Assembly: GCA_947478685.1 (NCBI GenBank) | Contig: CANJWO010000004.1 | Span: 1 to 61,178, forward strand | Direction: 5' to 3' | Length of the DNA stretch: 61,178 nucleotides | DNA from: Chlamydiota bacterium | GTDB taxonomy: Bacteria > Chlamydiota > Chlamydiia > Chlamydiales > 2-12-FULL-49-11 | In this document: positions 19,279 to 29,747 of the stretch, one piece after another | Layout: each line of letters opens with the position of its first letter | Position numbering within the stretch: the stretch's first letter is position 1 | Position numbers and translations under genes: made by a program | The notes under the pieces: model-generated | What the model saw: the letters and a program-made list of their open reading frames with translations, nothing else | What the model was told of the DNA's origin: nothing | Databases searched by the model: none

Positions 19279-19776
19279 TTACCTATAAATTAGAGGATAA
19301 TCATCTGAACTTAAAGCGTCGCCATAGTTATATCCCTGTTTTTTAAGACGGGCAGTAAAGGGACTTTTTTCTTTAAAGGTAAAAACAGAGTTTAGTTCAC
19401 CATATACAATTAATAGAGAACGTTCTTCTACAGTAAAAGGGAGTTCGGAAGTGAAAATTATTAGCGAAGTGGGTAAGATAAGGACGCCAATAAAAGCGCC
19501 TTGAAAGGGTGACTTGGTTAAATCGACTGTCTCATTTTCTACAATCTGATCGTAGAGGAGACGAATGGGGCGTATGTCTGTGAGTTGAAAAAGGATGGTC
19601 CCAAGCTCTCTATTCAGCGCAATTTTTTTGATTTCGGGGTGCTTTCTCCATAGATCAAAACCCGATGTATATTTGTGTGTTGAATCATTAACTGTAATAG
19701 AAAAAAAATCTTCAAAAAGGATTGTTTTATTTTTTGTAAAATAGGCAATTTGAGATTGGGTTACTTCATAACGCAT
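19279..19776 (-). CDS. Conserved hypothetical protein
   Basis: 165 aa, translationally coupled between dapL and the bioF-like gene. Confidence 0.7.
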   Translation of the reverse strand: MRYEVTQSQIAYFTKNKTILFEDFFSITVNDSTHKYTSGFDLWRKHPEIKKIALNRELGTILFQLTDIRPIRLLYDQIVENETVDLTKSPFQGAFIGVLILPTSLIIFTSELPFTVEERSLLIVYGELNSVFTFKEKSPFTARLKKQGYNYGDALSSDDYPLIYR

Positions 19777-20960
19777 AACTTATCTCCATGATTGCAAAAT
19801 CTGTTGATTGTTTGGTTTAATGTCTCCTCAGTAATAAATGAGGAGAGTCTCATAAATCCTTCTCCAGAAAGGCCAAAGCCCCTGCCAGGAATAGTGATAA
19901 TGTGCAGTTCATTTAGGAGAAAATCAAAATATTCCCATGAATCAGTAGTGGGTATTTTCCACCAAATATAAGGGGAATCAGTCCCGCCATAGCATGTAAA
20001 TCCTAAGGATTCAATACAATGTTTTAATTTCTTCCCATTATTTGCGTAGAGCTCGACTTGCTTTTCGACCTCTTTTTTTCCAGCTCCAAAAAGAGTTGCA
20101 AACCCAGCTTTTTGGACTGTGTAGGAGATCCCATTTGTCTTTATATCCTGTCTTAATCGCCAGAGGGAAGTAATTGAGTGCCTTTCTTTATTCGAATAGA
20201 GAAAGAGCTCTTTTGGTATGACTGTGTACCCAAGTCTAAGGCCTGTAAACCCAGCCGATTTCGAAAAGCTTCTAAATTCAATAGCAACTTCTTTAGCGCC
20301 CTCAATTTCATAAATTGTTTTCGGAACATCCTTCGATGTAATAAATTTTTCATAAGCGGCATCAAAAAGGAGGATGGTATTATGCTCTTTTGCCCAATCA
20401 ATCCATAGTTTTAGATGAGCTTTTGTCATTGCAATTCCCGTAGGATTATTCGGTGAGCAGAGATAGACAAGATCGAGCTTTTGGTCAGGAGGAAGGGGAA
20501 TAAATCCATTTTCTTCTAGACAAGGGATGAGGTGGATTTTTTTTCCAGCTAGGATTGTCGTTTCAAAATAGGCTGGGTAAGTGGGATCGATGATTCCAAC
20601 TGTAGCATCATGATAAAAAAGATCTTGAATATCACAAATATCTCTGACAATTCCATCGGATATAAAAATTTCTTCTGCAGAGAAGCCAAGTCCGCCATAT
20701 TCTATTTCAAGTAGTTTTTCGCGTAAAAATAGATGGCCTTCAGCTGACCCATAGCCATGGACAGTCTCGCCCATATCGTCTGCAGCATCTTTTAAACTTT
20801 CTACTATTGTGGGGGCAAGGGGGAGAGCTATGTCGCCAACACCTAAATTTAGAAGTGGAGCCTCTTTCTCTCTCTCACGTAGCGCCTTCACCTTTTCTCC
20901 AATTGTAGAGAAAAGATAGCTCCGAGATAGTTGCAAAAAATTTATATTCATCAATGCCAT
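19761..20960 (-). CDS. dapL: LL-diaminopimelate aminotransferase
   Basis: SYLF, LGVGD, CSPNNPTG, DAAYE, EFRSFSKSAGFTGLRLG, PG.GFG..GEGFMRLS. Confidence 0.93.
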   Translation of the reverse strand: MALMNINFLQLSRSYLFSTIGEKVKALREREKEAPLLNLGVGDIALPLAPTIVESLKDAADDMGETVHGYGSAEGHLFLREKLLEIEYGGLGFSAEEIFISDGIVRDICDIQDLFYHDATVGIIDPTYPAYFETTILAGKKIHLIPCLEENGFIPLPPDQKLDLVYLCSPNNPTGIAMTKAHLKLWIDWAKEHNTILLFDAAYEKFITSKDVPKTIYEIEGAKEVAIEFRSFSKSAGFTGLRLGYTVIPKELFLYSNKERHSITSLWRLRQDIKTNGISYTVQKAGFATLFGAGKKEVEKQVELYANNGKKLKHCIESLGFTCYGGTDSPYIWWKIPTTDSWEYFDFLLNELHIITIPGRGFGLSGEGFMRLSSFITEETLNQTINRFCNHGDKLCVMK

Positions 20961-20996
20961 GGGCTATAGTCTACTGATAAAAAGAGTTTTAGGCAA

Positions 20997-21779
20997 CTAG
21001 TTGTGATGCCTGTTTGATTCAATCCAGTCGGCGTAGGAGGATATGGGGAGAATGAGGTTGAAGGAGTCATAGCTCCCTTTGCCTGCCAGAAGGTGGATAA
21101 GGCCAAATAGGTGGAAGGTCTCGTTAGTAGCAATAAAGGTGCCAGCCCCACTGTCTCCCTGAGAGCCAATCCCTTCCATGCTTGAGCAAGCCTCTGAATC
21201 GGGATTATCAAAAAAACTGATATAACACTCATCACACCAGGGCTCTGATAGAAGTTCCGAGATCTTGTTTGAGAATCCCCTCTTCTCAAGATCAAGAGAC
21301 GCTGGACCTGAAGTGCCTGGTCCATTCTTTCCAAAACCGGCTGAAATAAATGAAAAAGCACTATGTTTTACGCTATAATCTATCTCGGCGGGTTGGATAG
21401 TGTAAATTGGGGAATAGAGGTGAATTAGGGCGATATCGTTGTGGATCTCTTGGACAAGATGTTTGTCAGATTGAGTGTAGATAAATCCTTCATGAACTTG
21501 AGTTTTCCCACTGATAGTGATCATTTGTTTGGTGGAGGGATCGAGTATATTAAAAATAACTTCTGCTCCATCACTTTTTACCACATGAGCTACTGTCAAA
21601 ACTGTATAAGGATCGATCAATGTCCCCGTTGCTGAACCAATAGATCCATTAATAAGGCCCACGCAAGAAAATCTTGGATCACTGCCAAAATTGAGATACT
21701 CGCTATCTGGAATATCATCCCTTCGAACAACACCTTGAAGAGTTGAAACTAACATGAATAAAAGAGCTAAGATTCGCAC
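20997..21779 (-). CDS. Secreted trypsin-like (S1) serine protease
   Basis: Signal peptide; catalytic triad motifs LTVAH, DIALIHL and GDSG. Confidence 0.88.
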   Translation of the reverse strand: MRILALLFMLVSTLQGVVRRDDIPDSEYLNFGSDPRFSCVGLINGSIGSATGTLIDPYTVLTVAHVVKSDGAEVIFNILDPSTKQMITISGKTQVHEGFIYTQSDKHLVQEIHNDIALIHLYSPIYTIQPAEIDYSVKHSAFSFISAGFGKNGPGTSGPASLDLEKRGFSNKISELLSEPWCDECYISFFDNPDSEACSSMEGIGSQGDSGAGTFIATNETFHLFGLIHLLAGKGSYDSFNLILPISSYADWIESNRHHN

Positions 21780-21834
21780 AGTGATCTAGTTTAAAGAAGG
21801 GCGAATTGTGATGCAATTACAAGATGGTGGAAAA

Positions 21835-21863
21835 TTGACAAATTCAATCATTTATGTTAAAAT
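21835..21863 (+). promoter_or_regulatory. sigma66/sigma70 promoter for the alpha/beta hydrolase
   Basis: TTGACA - 17 bp - TAAAAT with an extended -10 TG, 23 bp before ATG 21887. Confidence 0.7.
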
Positions 21864-21886
21864 ATAGCCTACTATATTGAGGTTTC

Positions 21887-22729
21887 ATGAATATTGTGCT
21901 CGCAACATTGACTGCTATCACACTTAATTGCAGTGAGATAGAAAATAAACTCCCTGAACCTAAACCTCAAGAGGCAGAGCTTGCTTTAGAGGAGATCATC
22001 AAGCAGGCTAAGGGGGAGATTTTTTCTCTATCAACTGGCGATATTGCCGAATTTATGTGGAATCGGTATGTAAAGGGTGATTCGGTTGATTTTCATGAGT
22101 ATGGAGCCAATCCTAAGTCTCTGACGCCTATAGCAGCATTAATGCCAGCAACGATCTTGGTCCATAGTAGCGCTTCAAATCAAGGCCAGTGGAGCTCCCT
22201 TTTAAAATCTTTTGAAAAGGTGGGCAATTTAGGGCCGGTATTTACCTTAAATTACGAAGATGGGGATGAATTGGCCTCGCTTAAGCAAAAAATTTTAGAG
22301 GTTAAAGCTCTTTATAGCTCTGCTGGGGTGGATGTCGTGAATATTAACCTAGTAGGCCATTCACTCGGAGGTATTGCAGCGGCAGAGTATGCTTTTTCCC
22401 CAGAGATGTGGGTAGTGGGGACTCACGTTGCTAAGGTGATTACAATCGCTGCTCGGCTAAAAAACATTGCTAATCCGATAGATACCCCCTTTTATGCCTA
22501 TGCCTTTCCCACCCTAAAGCATATTGAATCTGTTTTTCAAAGGATTGAGCAAAATAGAGCTTTAGTCGAGCTCTACACGATCGCCGCAGCCAATGATTGG
22601 CTTGTTCCAGCAGAGTCTTCTTTAGTCGCTGCTGATGAAGCTCATAAAGCTGTCGTTCCAGAAGTAGGGCACGTCCTAGTTGCTCAGTCAATCATCACTA
22701 ATGATCTAGTGATTAAGTTTATCCGTTGA
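21887..22729 (+). CDS. Alpha/beta hydrolase (lipase/esterase-like)
   Basis: GHSLGG nucleophile elbow, DWLVP Asp and VGH His. Confidence 0.85.
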   Translation: MNIVLATLTAITLNCSEIENKLPEPKPQEAELALEEIIKQAKGEIFSLSTGDIAEFMWNRYVKGDSVDFHEYGANPKSLTPIAALMPATILVHSSASNQGQWSSLLKSFEKVGNLGPVFTLNYEDGDELASLKQKILEVKALYSSAGVDVVNINLVGHSLGGIAAAEYAFSPEMWVVGTHVAKVITIAARLKNIANPIDTPFYAYAFPTLKHIESVFQRIEQNRALVELYTIAAANDWLVPAESSLVAADEAHKAVVPEVGHVLVAQSIITNDLVIKFIR

Positions 22730-23882
22730 AGTCGAGGTCGTGGGTGAAGGCGCCATGGAGCCGTTTTTTGTAACGGCGGATGTCGGCTAGGTGCTTTAGC
22801 CAGAGGAAGCCTTGGGCAAAGAAGGGAAGGGGGTCTCTAAATTGAAAGACTAGGTCCTTGAAGCTAAGTAGACGGTGAAAATAGAGGGGGAGTTTTTTGC
22901 AGGTGATGGCTGTGCGCCAGCCATAAAGGAGCATACCCGTTGTAATCTGCTTTTTGATCTTTGGATCGGCTTTAATTAGGGTTTTATTGATCCCAAAAAG
23001 GGCCTGATCGAGGTTAGAGCGCTTAGAAAAGAGGGTGACACCACTTGTAATTCTTGGGTTGCATTCAATAGCATACAATTCGCCATTTGGGAGTTCTATA
23101 AAATCAAAGGCGATTTGACCGGTAAACGTTATCTTTCTAGCAAAGTTTTCGACCCAATTTTGAATTGCTTCATGATCGATCGATCTAAACGTCATACAAT
23201 AACTGCCGACAGTTGCATTGAGCTTCCCTTTGTTTTGGATTGTAAAATCTACAGGATAAGTTGAATGAGCGTGAACCTTTCCTTTGTGGCAGAGACTAAA
23301 AGTACAAAAGCACTTCCCTTCTAACCACTCTTGAGCAACCCACGGTGAACTCCTGCTTGGTTCAATATCTGGTAAAGGATCCCCGTTTTTTATTTTATAA
23401 ACACTCTGGGATGCTCTTGAATAACAAGCCTTTAGGGCATACTGTGGAAAATTGATCTCTTTTAATGCATTGAGAGACTCTACAATTACTGTTTTAGGCG
23501 TTTTGATATTGTGTGATTCTAATAAGTCTATAAATAGACTCTTATGATGAAGTCTATGTAAAATAGGATATTTTGAGGCAAAGACAAAGCAGGAGGTCGG
23601 GAACTCTTTTAAGTGCTTAGAAATCAAAAATATATCCTCCCATGCAGGGATGAAAAAATCAATTTTGTTGTCACAAATAATTTCTATCAATTTACGAATG
23701 TGTTCTTTAGGTGAGAATCGTGGGCTAGGTACAACGAAACTTCTCTTCACGCAGTTTGAAAATTTACTTAAATGGAGGTTGCTTGTCTCTGCAACATAGA
23801 TCTCATGCTTTGCATGGCAGAGCGTTCTAATAAAATCTAAAGTGATGGGAGATCTGCCGTTAGTTATTAAAATTCGTTTCAT
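22719..23882 (-). CDS. ATP-grasp domain protein
   Basis: ILITNGR, LHHKSLF, LKACYSRA, WVAQEWLEG, IAFDFI, AIECNPR. Confidence 0.85.
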   Translation of the reverse strand: MKRILITNGRSPITLDFIRTLCHAKHEIYVAETSNLHLSKFSNCVKRSFVVPSPRFSPKEHIRKLIEIICDNKIDFFIPAWEDIFLISKHLKEFPTSCFVFASKYPILHRLHHKSLFIDLLESHNIKTPKTVIVESLNALKEINFPQYALKACYSRASQSVYKIKNGDPLPDIEPSRSSPWVAQEWLEGKCFCTFSLCHKGKVHAHSTYPVDFTIQNKGKLNATVGSYCMTFRSIDHEAIQNWVENFARKITFTGQIAFDFIELPNGELYAIECNPRITSGVTLFSKRSNLDQALFGINKTLIKADPKIKKQITTGMLLYGWRTAITCKKLPLYFHRLLSFKDLVFQFRDPLPFFAQGFLWLKHLADIRRYKKRLHGAFTHDLDFNG

Positions 23883-24052
23883 ACATATTGTCCTGCTTAA
23901 ATAGACAATAAATTATTCTAAATATTTGTATATATTTTTAATTTTTATCATACGACTGATCTTTTAAAATCGTCTTTATTTAAATTTCCTAAAGATTTTA
24001 AACAGGCTCTGAGTGTATAGTCTGCCTGCCAGTTATAAAAGGATTTTTAGTT

Positions 24053-24592
24053 ATGTCTGTTGATAGTAAATCAATTACGATATGGGATTTTTGTCCTTGG
24101 AATAAATGGGAAATGCTTCATGATAATGCTAGAGACGTAGATGATAATTATTTTAATTATGATGGGCGTTATGAAAAAGATGTGACGACTGGAAAGGCTT
24201 ATTTATATCAACATTCTGGGACATTAAGAGCGAAACATGCAGGTCTTTTAATTTTATCAGTTACATGGCATGTCTATCAAGCAATCAGTAGACTTTTTAA
24301 AGTTCTTACCTTTTACTCTTTTTGGGGAGATAGCACTAAAACATATCCCTTATTAGGGCGTCTTGGTTTCATGGGAAAAGATATTCTTAAACTGGCACTT
24401 ACTCCAGGGTTAGTGTTGGCTTTGGAAATAGCTGCTCTTTATGGTCTGTTTTTTCCTAAAGAGGGAAGGAAAGAGTATGCCTCCATAGAGCGATTTGCTC
24501 ACATAAAGTTGGGGATATCTGGGAAGGATCTATTTGGGCGCTTCGTCCCTTATTGCGCACCTTGCTATCAGCCCTTCTTCGGAATGTCATGA
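24053..24592 (+). CDS. Hypothetical membrane-associated protein
   Basis: 179 aa with two hydrophobic stretches and an AAGGA RBS. Confidence 0.6.
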   Translation: MSVDSKSITIWDFCPWNKWEMLHDNARDVDDNYFNYDGRYEKDVTTGKAYLYQHSGTLRAKHAGLLILSVTWHVYQAISRLFKVLTFYSFWGDSTKTYPLLGRLGFMGKDILKLALTPGLVLALEIAALYGLFFPKEGRKEYASIERFAHIKLGISGKDLFGRFVPYCAPCYQPFFGMS

Positions 24593-24595
24593 CTA

Positions 24596-24786
24596 TATAG
24601 TCATTTGACTTCAAATTAAGACTATAGCAAATTTAATTCGCTATATGGCTTCAAGAGCATCTTCACCTTCTTACATGCCTGTATCGGCCCTGTAAAAACA
24701 GAGACCTGCTTCGGCACCGCGCTTGCTTGTAAAAATCTGAAGCGCTCTTTTTGCCAATAGTCTGAATTTAAAATCAAATGACTATA
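24596..24786. mobile_element. MITE with 30-bp TATAGTCATTTGA... terminal inverted repeats
   Basis: TATAGTCATTTGACTTCAAATTAAGACTAT pairs with ATAGTCTGAATTTAAAATCAAATGACTATA (3 mismatches). Contains the other TIR type (AAATTTAATTCGCTATA) internally. Confidence 0.85.
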
Positions 24787-24829
24787 CCATTGCAAAAAAT
24801 TGTGGAAACAAGAGATTCTTGGTGGCAAC

Positions 24830-25537
24830 ATGGATCCACTTTTACATTTAAGAGAAAATAGAGCTGAGATTGAGAGGAGGTTAGGTTACTCATTTGTGAA
24901 TGAGGAGCTTATGGAATTAGCCTTCATTCATAAGTCGTATTTTTATGAGAATGAGGCCACGGTTCCTGCTCATAATGAGCGGATTGAGTTTTTAGGGGAT
25001 GCAGTTCTTCAACTTCTTAGTAGTGACTATTTATATAAGAACCATCCGCTTTTGAATGAGGGGGAGCTTTCTCAGTATCGCTCGCGACTTGTCGATGCGA
25101 AGGCCCTTTTTGGATATAGTGAAAAGATTGGGATTTCCGAGTTCTTAGTTTTAGGAAAGGGGGAGCGGCGCCAGGAAAAACGGGACTCTCTTGTAGCCAA
25201 TTTATTTGAAGCGGTCCTTGGTGCTATTTATCTTGATGGAGGGATTGAGAAGGCCTCAAATTTTTTATTTAGCCAGATCAAAGAACAGATTCAAAGTACA
25301 ATGAGCGCCCCTTCACAGAGCTTAAAGAGTCTTTTACAGGAGTGGGCACAAAGAACTCATCAGATTTTGCCTGAATATGTTGTGATTGAAGAGAGTGGGC
25401 CCGATCATAGGCGATTTTTCCGTATTGAAGTGAGACTTACAGAGCAGATGATTGGATATGGTGAAGGATTTTCCAAAAAAGAGGCCGAGCGCAATGCTGC
25501 GGATGATGCACTAAAGAAAATAGGGCCAATTGTATGA
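24830..25537 (+). CDS. rnc: Ribonuclease III
   Basis: NERIEFLGDAVL, ANLFEAVLGAIYLDGG and a dsRBD. Confidence 0.97.
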   Translation: MDPLLHLRENRAEIERRLGYSFVNEELMELAFIHKSYFYENEATVPAHNERIEFLGDAVLQLLSSDYLYKNHPLLNEGELSQYRSRLVDAKALFGYSEKIGISEFLVLGKGERRQEKRDSLVANLFEAVLGAIYLDGGIEKASNFLFSQIKEQIQSTMSAPSQSLKSLLQEWAQRTHQILPEYVVIEESGPDHRRFFRIEVRLTEQMIGYGEGFSKKEAERNAADDALKKIGPIV

Positions 25538-26880
25538 AGCAAAAAGAGAGCTGGGTGTGTGGGGAGTGCGGTCACGATCAGATGAAGTGGTCGGGCAGTT
25601 GTAATGAGTGTAAGAGATGGAATACGATTCAGAAATTCATAGAAGTTGCAGATAGTAAACCTAGATTTATGAGAACTAAGTCAAAGCCTCTTCTGTTGAA
25701 AGATATTGTACTCGATAAGTTTGAGAAAATTGAGACTGAGTTAAAAGAGTTTGATCGGGTCATGGGTGGTGGAATTGTTCCGGGATCGCTCAATTTGATC
25801 GGCGGGGATCCCGGAGTGGGGAAGTCGACACTTATGCTCATGATTGCAAAAGAGCTTTGTAAAGCAGGTAAAAGAGTGCTCTATGTTTGTGGGGAAGAGT
25901 CATTAGAGCAGACAAAAAATAGGGCTGAAAGGCTTGGGATTGATAGTGACCAACTCTATTTGTATTGTGAAACTCAATTTTCTAATATTAAGGCCCAAGT
26001 GGAAGAACTTGAACCAGATGCGCTTATTATTGATTCGATCCAAATTGTATACAAACCTGAAATTGCATCGCTTCCTGGTTCTGTCATCCAAGTAAAAGAG
26101 ATTGCCATGGAGTGTATGCATATAGCTAAGCAGATGGGAATTACCTGCTTTCTTATTGGGCATGTGACCAAATCAGGCGATTTAGCTGGTCCAAGGGTTT
26201 TAGAGCACATTGTCGATGTGGTCCTCGATTTTGAAGGGGATCCAGACCTTGGTCTCAGAATTTTGCGCGCTCGAAAAAATAGGTTTGGACCAACAGATGA
26301 AGTTGCTATTTTTCAAATGAATGAAAAGGGTTTAGAAGAGGTCCCAAATCCGTCACAGATCTTTTTAAAAGAGCGGCTTAAAGAATCGACAGGTTCTTGT
26401 ATTGTTCCAACAATGGAAGGGACACGGGCGATCCTAATCGAAATTCAGGCGCTTGTCGCAGCGTCTGCCTATGCAGCTAGTGCAAGACGTGCAAGCGGTA
26501 TTGACCCGAATCGATTAGCTCTCCTTTTAGCGGTATTAGAAAAAAGGGTCGGTCATCATTTTCATAGTATGGATGTATTTGTATCTATTGCCGGAGGTCT
26601 TAAAATTAAAGAGCCCGCAATCGACCTTGCTATTGCACTCGCGATCTCTTCATCCTTTGCGAACCGCCCGATCGATCCCCACACAATTGTCCTCGGTGAA
26701 ATCGGCCTTGGCGGCGAAATCCGCAGTGTTCCTCGCATCGAAAGTCGGATCAAAGAGGCAACTCACATGGGATTTAAGCGGTGTATCCTCCCAAAAAGAT
26801 CGCTCCCCAAAGAAAAAGGTCTTATCGAACTAGTAGGCGTCGAACGACTTGAAGACGCCATCCAAATTCTCCTCTCCTAA
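25534..26880 (+). CDS. radA: DNA repair protein RadA/Sms
   Basis: C4 zinc finger, GDPGVGKST, KNRFG and a Lon-like C-terminus. Confidence 0.97.
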   Translation: MKQKESWVCGECGHDQMKWSGSCNECKRWNTIQKFIEVADSKPRFMRTKSKPLLLKDIVLDKFEKIETELKEFDRVMGGGIVPGSLNLIGGDPGVGKSTLMLMIAKELCKAGKRVLYVCGEESLEQTKNRAERLGIDSDQLYLYCETQFSNIKAQVEELEPDALIIDSIQIVYKPEIASLPGSVIQVKEIAMECMHIAKQMGITCFLIGHVTKSGDLAGPRVLEHIVDVVLDFEGDPDLGLRILRARKNRFGPTDEVAIFQMNEKGLEEVPNPSQIFLKERLKESTGSCIVPTMEGTRAILIEIQALVAASAYAASARRASGIDPNRLALLLAVLEKRVGHHFHSMDVFVSIAGGLKIKEPAIDLAIALAISSSFANRPIDPHTIVLGEIGLGGEIRSVPRIESRIKEATHMGFKRCILPKRSLPKEKGLIELVGVERLEDAIQILLS

Positions 26881-26929
26881 GAAAGGCCCGTTTCTACTAT
26901 TATTTAAATTTTAATAATAAGGGGGGAGC

Positions 26930-27607
26930 ATGATTAATTCTAGAAAGCACGCCTTGTATTTAGGGGTAGATCCGTCGCATTTTCAGACAGAGAAAGAGAT
27001 CGTTCACATGCCACTTATCAAGATTGTGAGAAGGCGGGTTGATTCAAGTGAGATCATGAAAATTTTTGAGCACATTCCTGATTACACTCATATTGTATTC
27101 ACAAGTAAGAGTTCAGTAAGGATTTTTTTATCCTATTTTAAAAGACACGGCCATCTTACAGAAGAGCTTGCAGGTAAGCATATCATAGCGATAGGTCATA
27201 TGACTGCCTATTATTTAAAAGAGGAGGGGTTAGCTCCATCTTATATAGCAGCAGATGAAACAGAGGAGGGAATTGTACGTGTTTTGGCAGCGCTTGATTT
27301 AAAGTGCGCCTATGTGCTTTTGCCAAAATCATCGGTGCCAAGGACTTTATTGACCCATTTTCTTGTAGAGCATGAAGTGAGACATCAGATTTGCGTTCTA
27401 TATGATGCTCTTGAAGATGTCCCTGAAGAGCCTATCGATTTAGAATTAATTGATGAAGTAATTTTTACAAATCCATTAACAGTAGAAGTTTTTTTTTCTA
27501 TCTACCCGGAAATTCCAACGTTTATTAAACTACATCCGTTAGGAAATGTAACGCGCGAAGCACTTCGTGCTAAATTAAGAGACATACAGACTTTACAGAC
27601 TGTTTAA
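26930..27607 (+). CDS. hemD: Uroporphyrinogen-III synthase-like protein
   Basis: IVFTSKSSV, IAIG..TA..L, VIFTNP..V. Confidence 0.75.
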   Translation: MINSRKHALYLGVDPSHFQTEKEIVHMPLIKIVRRRVDSSEIMKIFEHIPDYTHIVFTSKSSVRIFLSYFKRHGHLTEELAGKHIIAIGHMTAYYLKEEGLAPSYIAADETEEGIVRVLAALDLKCAYVLLPKSSVPRTLLTHFLVEHEVRHQICVLYDALEDVPEEPIDLELIDEVIFTNPLTVEVFFSIYPEIPTFIKLHPLGNVTREALRAKLRDIQTLQTV

Positions 27608-27619
27608 CAAGGAGAGATC

Positions 27620-28210
27620 ATGACTTTAATCGAACTTCCAAAGCTTCCCTATGCTTATGATGCCTTAGAGCCTTATATCGACGCAAAGACAATGGAGATC
27701 CACCATACAAAGCACCATCAAGCCTATCTCACGAATTTAAAGGCGATACCAGATGTCGATTTGACTCTTTCAATTGAGGATCTTCTTATTAAAGATACTC
27801 GCCAAGCTGTTCAAAATCAGGGTGGTGGCGTTTTTAACCACAACCTTTTTTGGCTTATGATGAAACCAAAAGGGGGTGGAAAGCCAACTGGGGAGCTTTT
27901 GGAAGCTATTGAAAAAAAATTTGCTTCGTTTGAAAAGTTTCAGGAGGATTTCACAAAAGCGGCTCTAACCCAATTTGGTTCAGGCTGGGCATGGCTTGTA
28001 AAAAATAAAATTGACGGTCAACTCTCTATTTTACAGAAGCCTAATCAGAATCATCCCGACATTCAAATAAATACAGCCATCTTAGGGATTGACGTTTGGG
28101 AGCATGCTTATTATTTGAAATTCCAAAATAGACGGGCAGACTATATAAAAGATTTTTGGAATGTCGTTAATTGGGACTTTTGTAGCGCTCAGTACGCAAA
28201 AACAAAGTAA
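27620..28210 (+). CDS. sodA: Fe/Mn superoxide dismutase
   Basis: LPYAYDALEP, HHTKHHQAY, NQGGGVFNH, DVWEHAYY. Confidence 0.95.
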   Translation: MTLIELPKLPYAYDALEPYIDAKTMEIHHTKHHQAYLTNLKAIPDVDLTLSIEDLLIKDTRQAVQNQGGGVFNHNLFWLMMKPKGGGKPTGELLEAIEKKFASFEKFQEDFTKAALTQFGSGWAWLVKNKIDGQLSILQKPNQNHPDIQINTAILGIDVWEHAYYLKFQNRRADYIKDFWNVVNWDFCSAQYAKTK

Positions 28211-28227
28211 AAAGAAAATTTTTTTTT

Positions 28228-28311
28228 ACCACAGAGGTCACAGAGAGCACAGAGGCGCTACGCGCAAAGAAATTTTTGTTTTTTCTCTGTGTTCTATGTG
28301 ATATCTGTGGT
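28228..28311. repeat. CACAGAG-triplet palindromic element, copy 2
   Basis: ACCACAGAGGTCACAGAGAGCACAGAG - GCGCTACGCGC spacer - inverted arm. Confidence 0.9.
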
Positions 28312-28379
28312 GAATATCTTTATTTCTTTATTATACCAAGGCAATCTGGTATAATTATGACTTAGTTTATGAGGGTATT

Positions 28380-29285
28380 ATGATAGACTTTATTAGGTTG
28401 TTTCGAAGATCGGGTCCTAAAATTAAAATTGAGTTGTCTAAAAAGGACCGATTTAGTGGATGGATAAAATGTTCGGGATGTACGGAGTTGATCCATGCAG
28501 ATGAACTTACCCACTCTTTGAATTGTTGTCCCAAGTGTAATCATCATTATAGACTGACATTAAAGCAGAGATTAAAGCTCCTTGTCGATCTCGATAGCTT
28601 TGAGGAGTTATTTACCGATTTATGTGCGGCAGATCCATTAAAATTTTCTGATACAGAAAGTTATGAAAGTCGTTTGAAACGAACCATTGAGAAAACGGGA
28701 CGAAATGAGGCGATTGCAGTCGGGACTTGTAAAATTAATAAGCAACAAGTCGCACTAGGTGTTCTCGATTTCTCTTTCATGGGAGGATCGATGGGTTCGG
28801 TCGTAGGTGAGAAAATTACTAGACTCATTGAACTCGCTATTGTTGAAAGATTACCTGTTGTTATTGTCTCTGCATCGGGAGGTGCTAGGATGCAAGAATC
28901 TATCCTCTCACTTATGCAGATGGCAAAGACATCAGCAGCACTTGCTAGATTGAGCGGGGCTAGACTTCCTTATATATCAATTTTAACAAACCCAACAACT
29001 GGGGGTGTAACTGCCTCATTTGCATCGCTTGGAGATGTGATCATTGCGGAACCTGGAGCATTAATTGGATTTGCAGGCCCTAGAGTGATTGAGCAAACGA
29101 TGCTTCAGAAATTGCCAGAAGGTGCTCAAACCTCCGAATTTTTAGAAAAGAAAGGGATGATCGATCTAGTGGTCCCAAGAAAAGAATTAAAAGAGAAGCT
29201 TTCGTTTTTTCTTGAATTTTTTATGCAAAAAGCTACAAAGTCTAATCGTAAGAAATCAAAAGTTCAGGAATATGTAAGCGTATGA
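28380..29285 (+). CDS. accD: Acetyl-CoA carboxylase carboxyltransferase beta subunit
   Basis: C4 zinc finger, [27 protein letters not shown]. Confidence 0.97.
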   Translation: MIDFIRLFRRSGPKIKIELSKKDRFSGWIKCSGCTELIHADELTHSLNCCPKCNHHYRLTLKQRLKLLVDLDSFEELFTDLCAADPLKFSDTESYESRLKRTIEKTGRNEAIAVGTCKINKQQVALGVLDFSFMGGSMGSVVGEKITRLIELAIVERLPVVIVSASGGARMQESILSLMQMAKTSAALARLSGARLPYISILTNPTTGGVTASFASLGDVIIAEPGALIGFAGPRVIEQTMLQKLPEGAQTSEFLEKKGMIDLVVPRKELKEKLSFFLEFFMQKATKSNRKKSKVQEYVSV

Positions 29286-29295
29286 GTTTAGAGAT

Positions 29296-29745
29296 ATGAA
29301 TTTAGAAAAAAAAGAAGTGATCGTAATTTGTGAAGATGAAAGGAATCTCCCTTTGTATGCCACTCCCTTTGCAAGCGGAGCAGATGTTTATGCAAATTTG
29401 ACAGAAGCTCATACTATTGCAAGTGGCGAGAGCGCTCTGATTTCAACAGGTCTTTTTTTTGAAATTCCAGAAGGTTATGAAATTCAAGTTAGACCTCGAA
29501 GTGGCTTAGCGTTAAAAAATAAAATTACCGTTCTAAATACACCGGGAACCATAGATTCCGATTATCGGGGCGAGTTAAAAGTTATTTTGATCAATCATGG
29601 AAGACAAGATTTTATCGTAGAGCCAAAAATGCGTATTGCACAAATTGTCCTTGCAAGTGTTGTAAGGGCAGAGTTTAGAATCGCCGAAAAGATCTCAACA
29701 AGTGAGAGGGGATCCGGTGGATTTGGACATACAGGAAGGTATTAG
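29296..29745 (+). CDS. dut: dUTP diphosphatase
   Basis: [27 protein letters not shown]. Confidence 0.97.
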   Translation: MNLEKKEVIVICEDERNLPLYATPFASGADVYANLTEAHTIASGESALISTGLFFEIPEGYEIQVRPRSGLALKNKITVLNTPGTIDSDYRGELKVILINHGRQDFIVEPKMRIAQIVLASVVRAEFRIAEKISTSERGSGGFGHTGRY

Positions 29746-29747
29746 AT

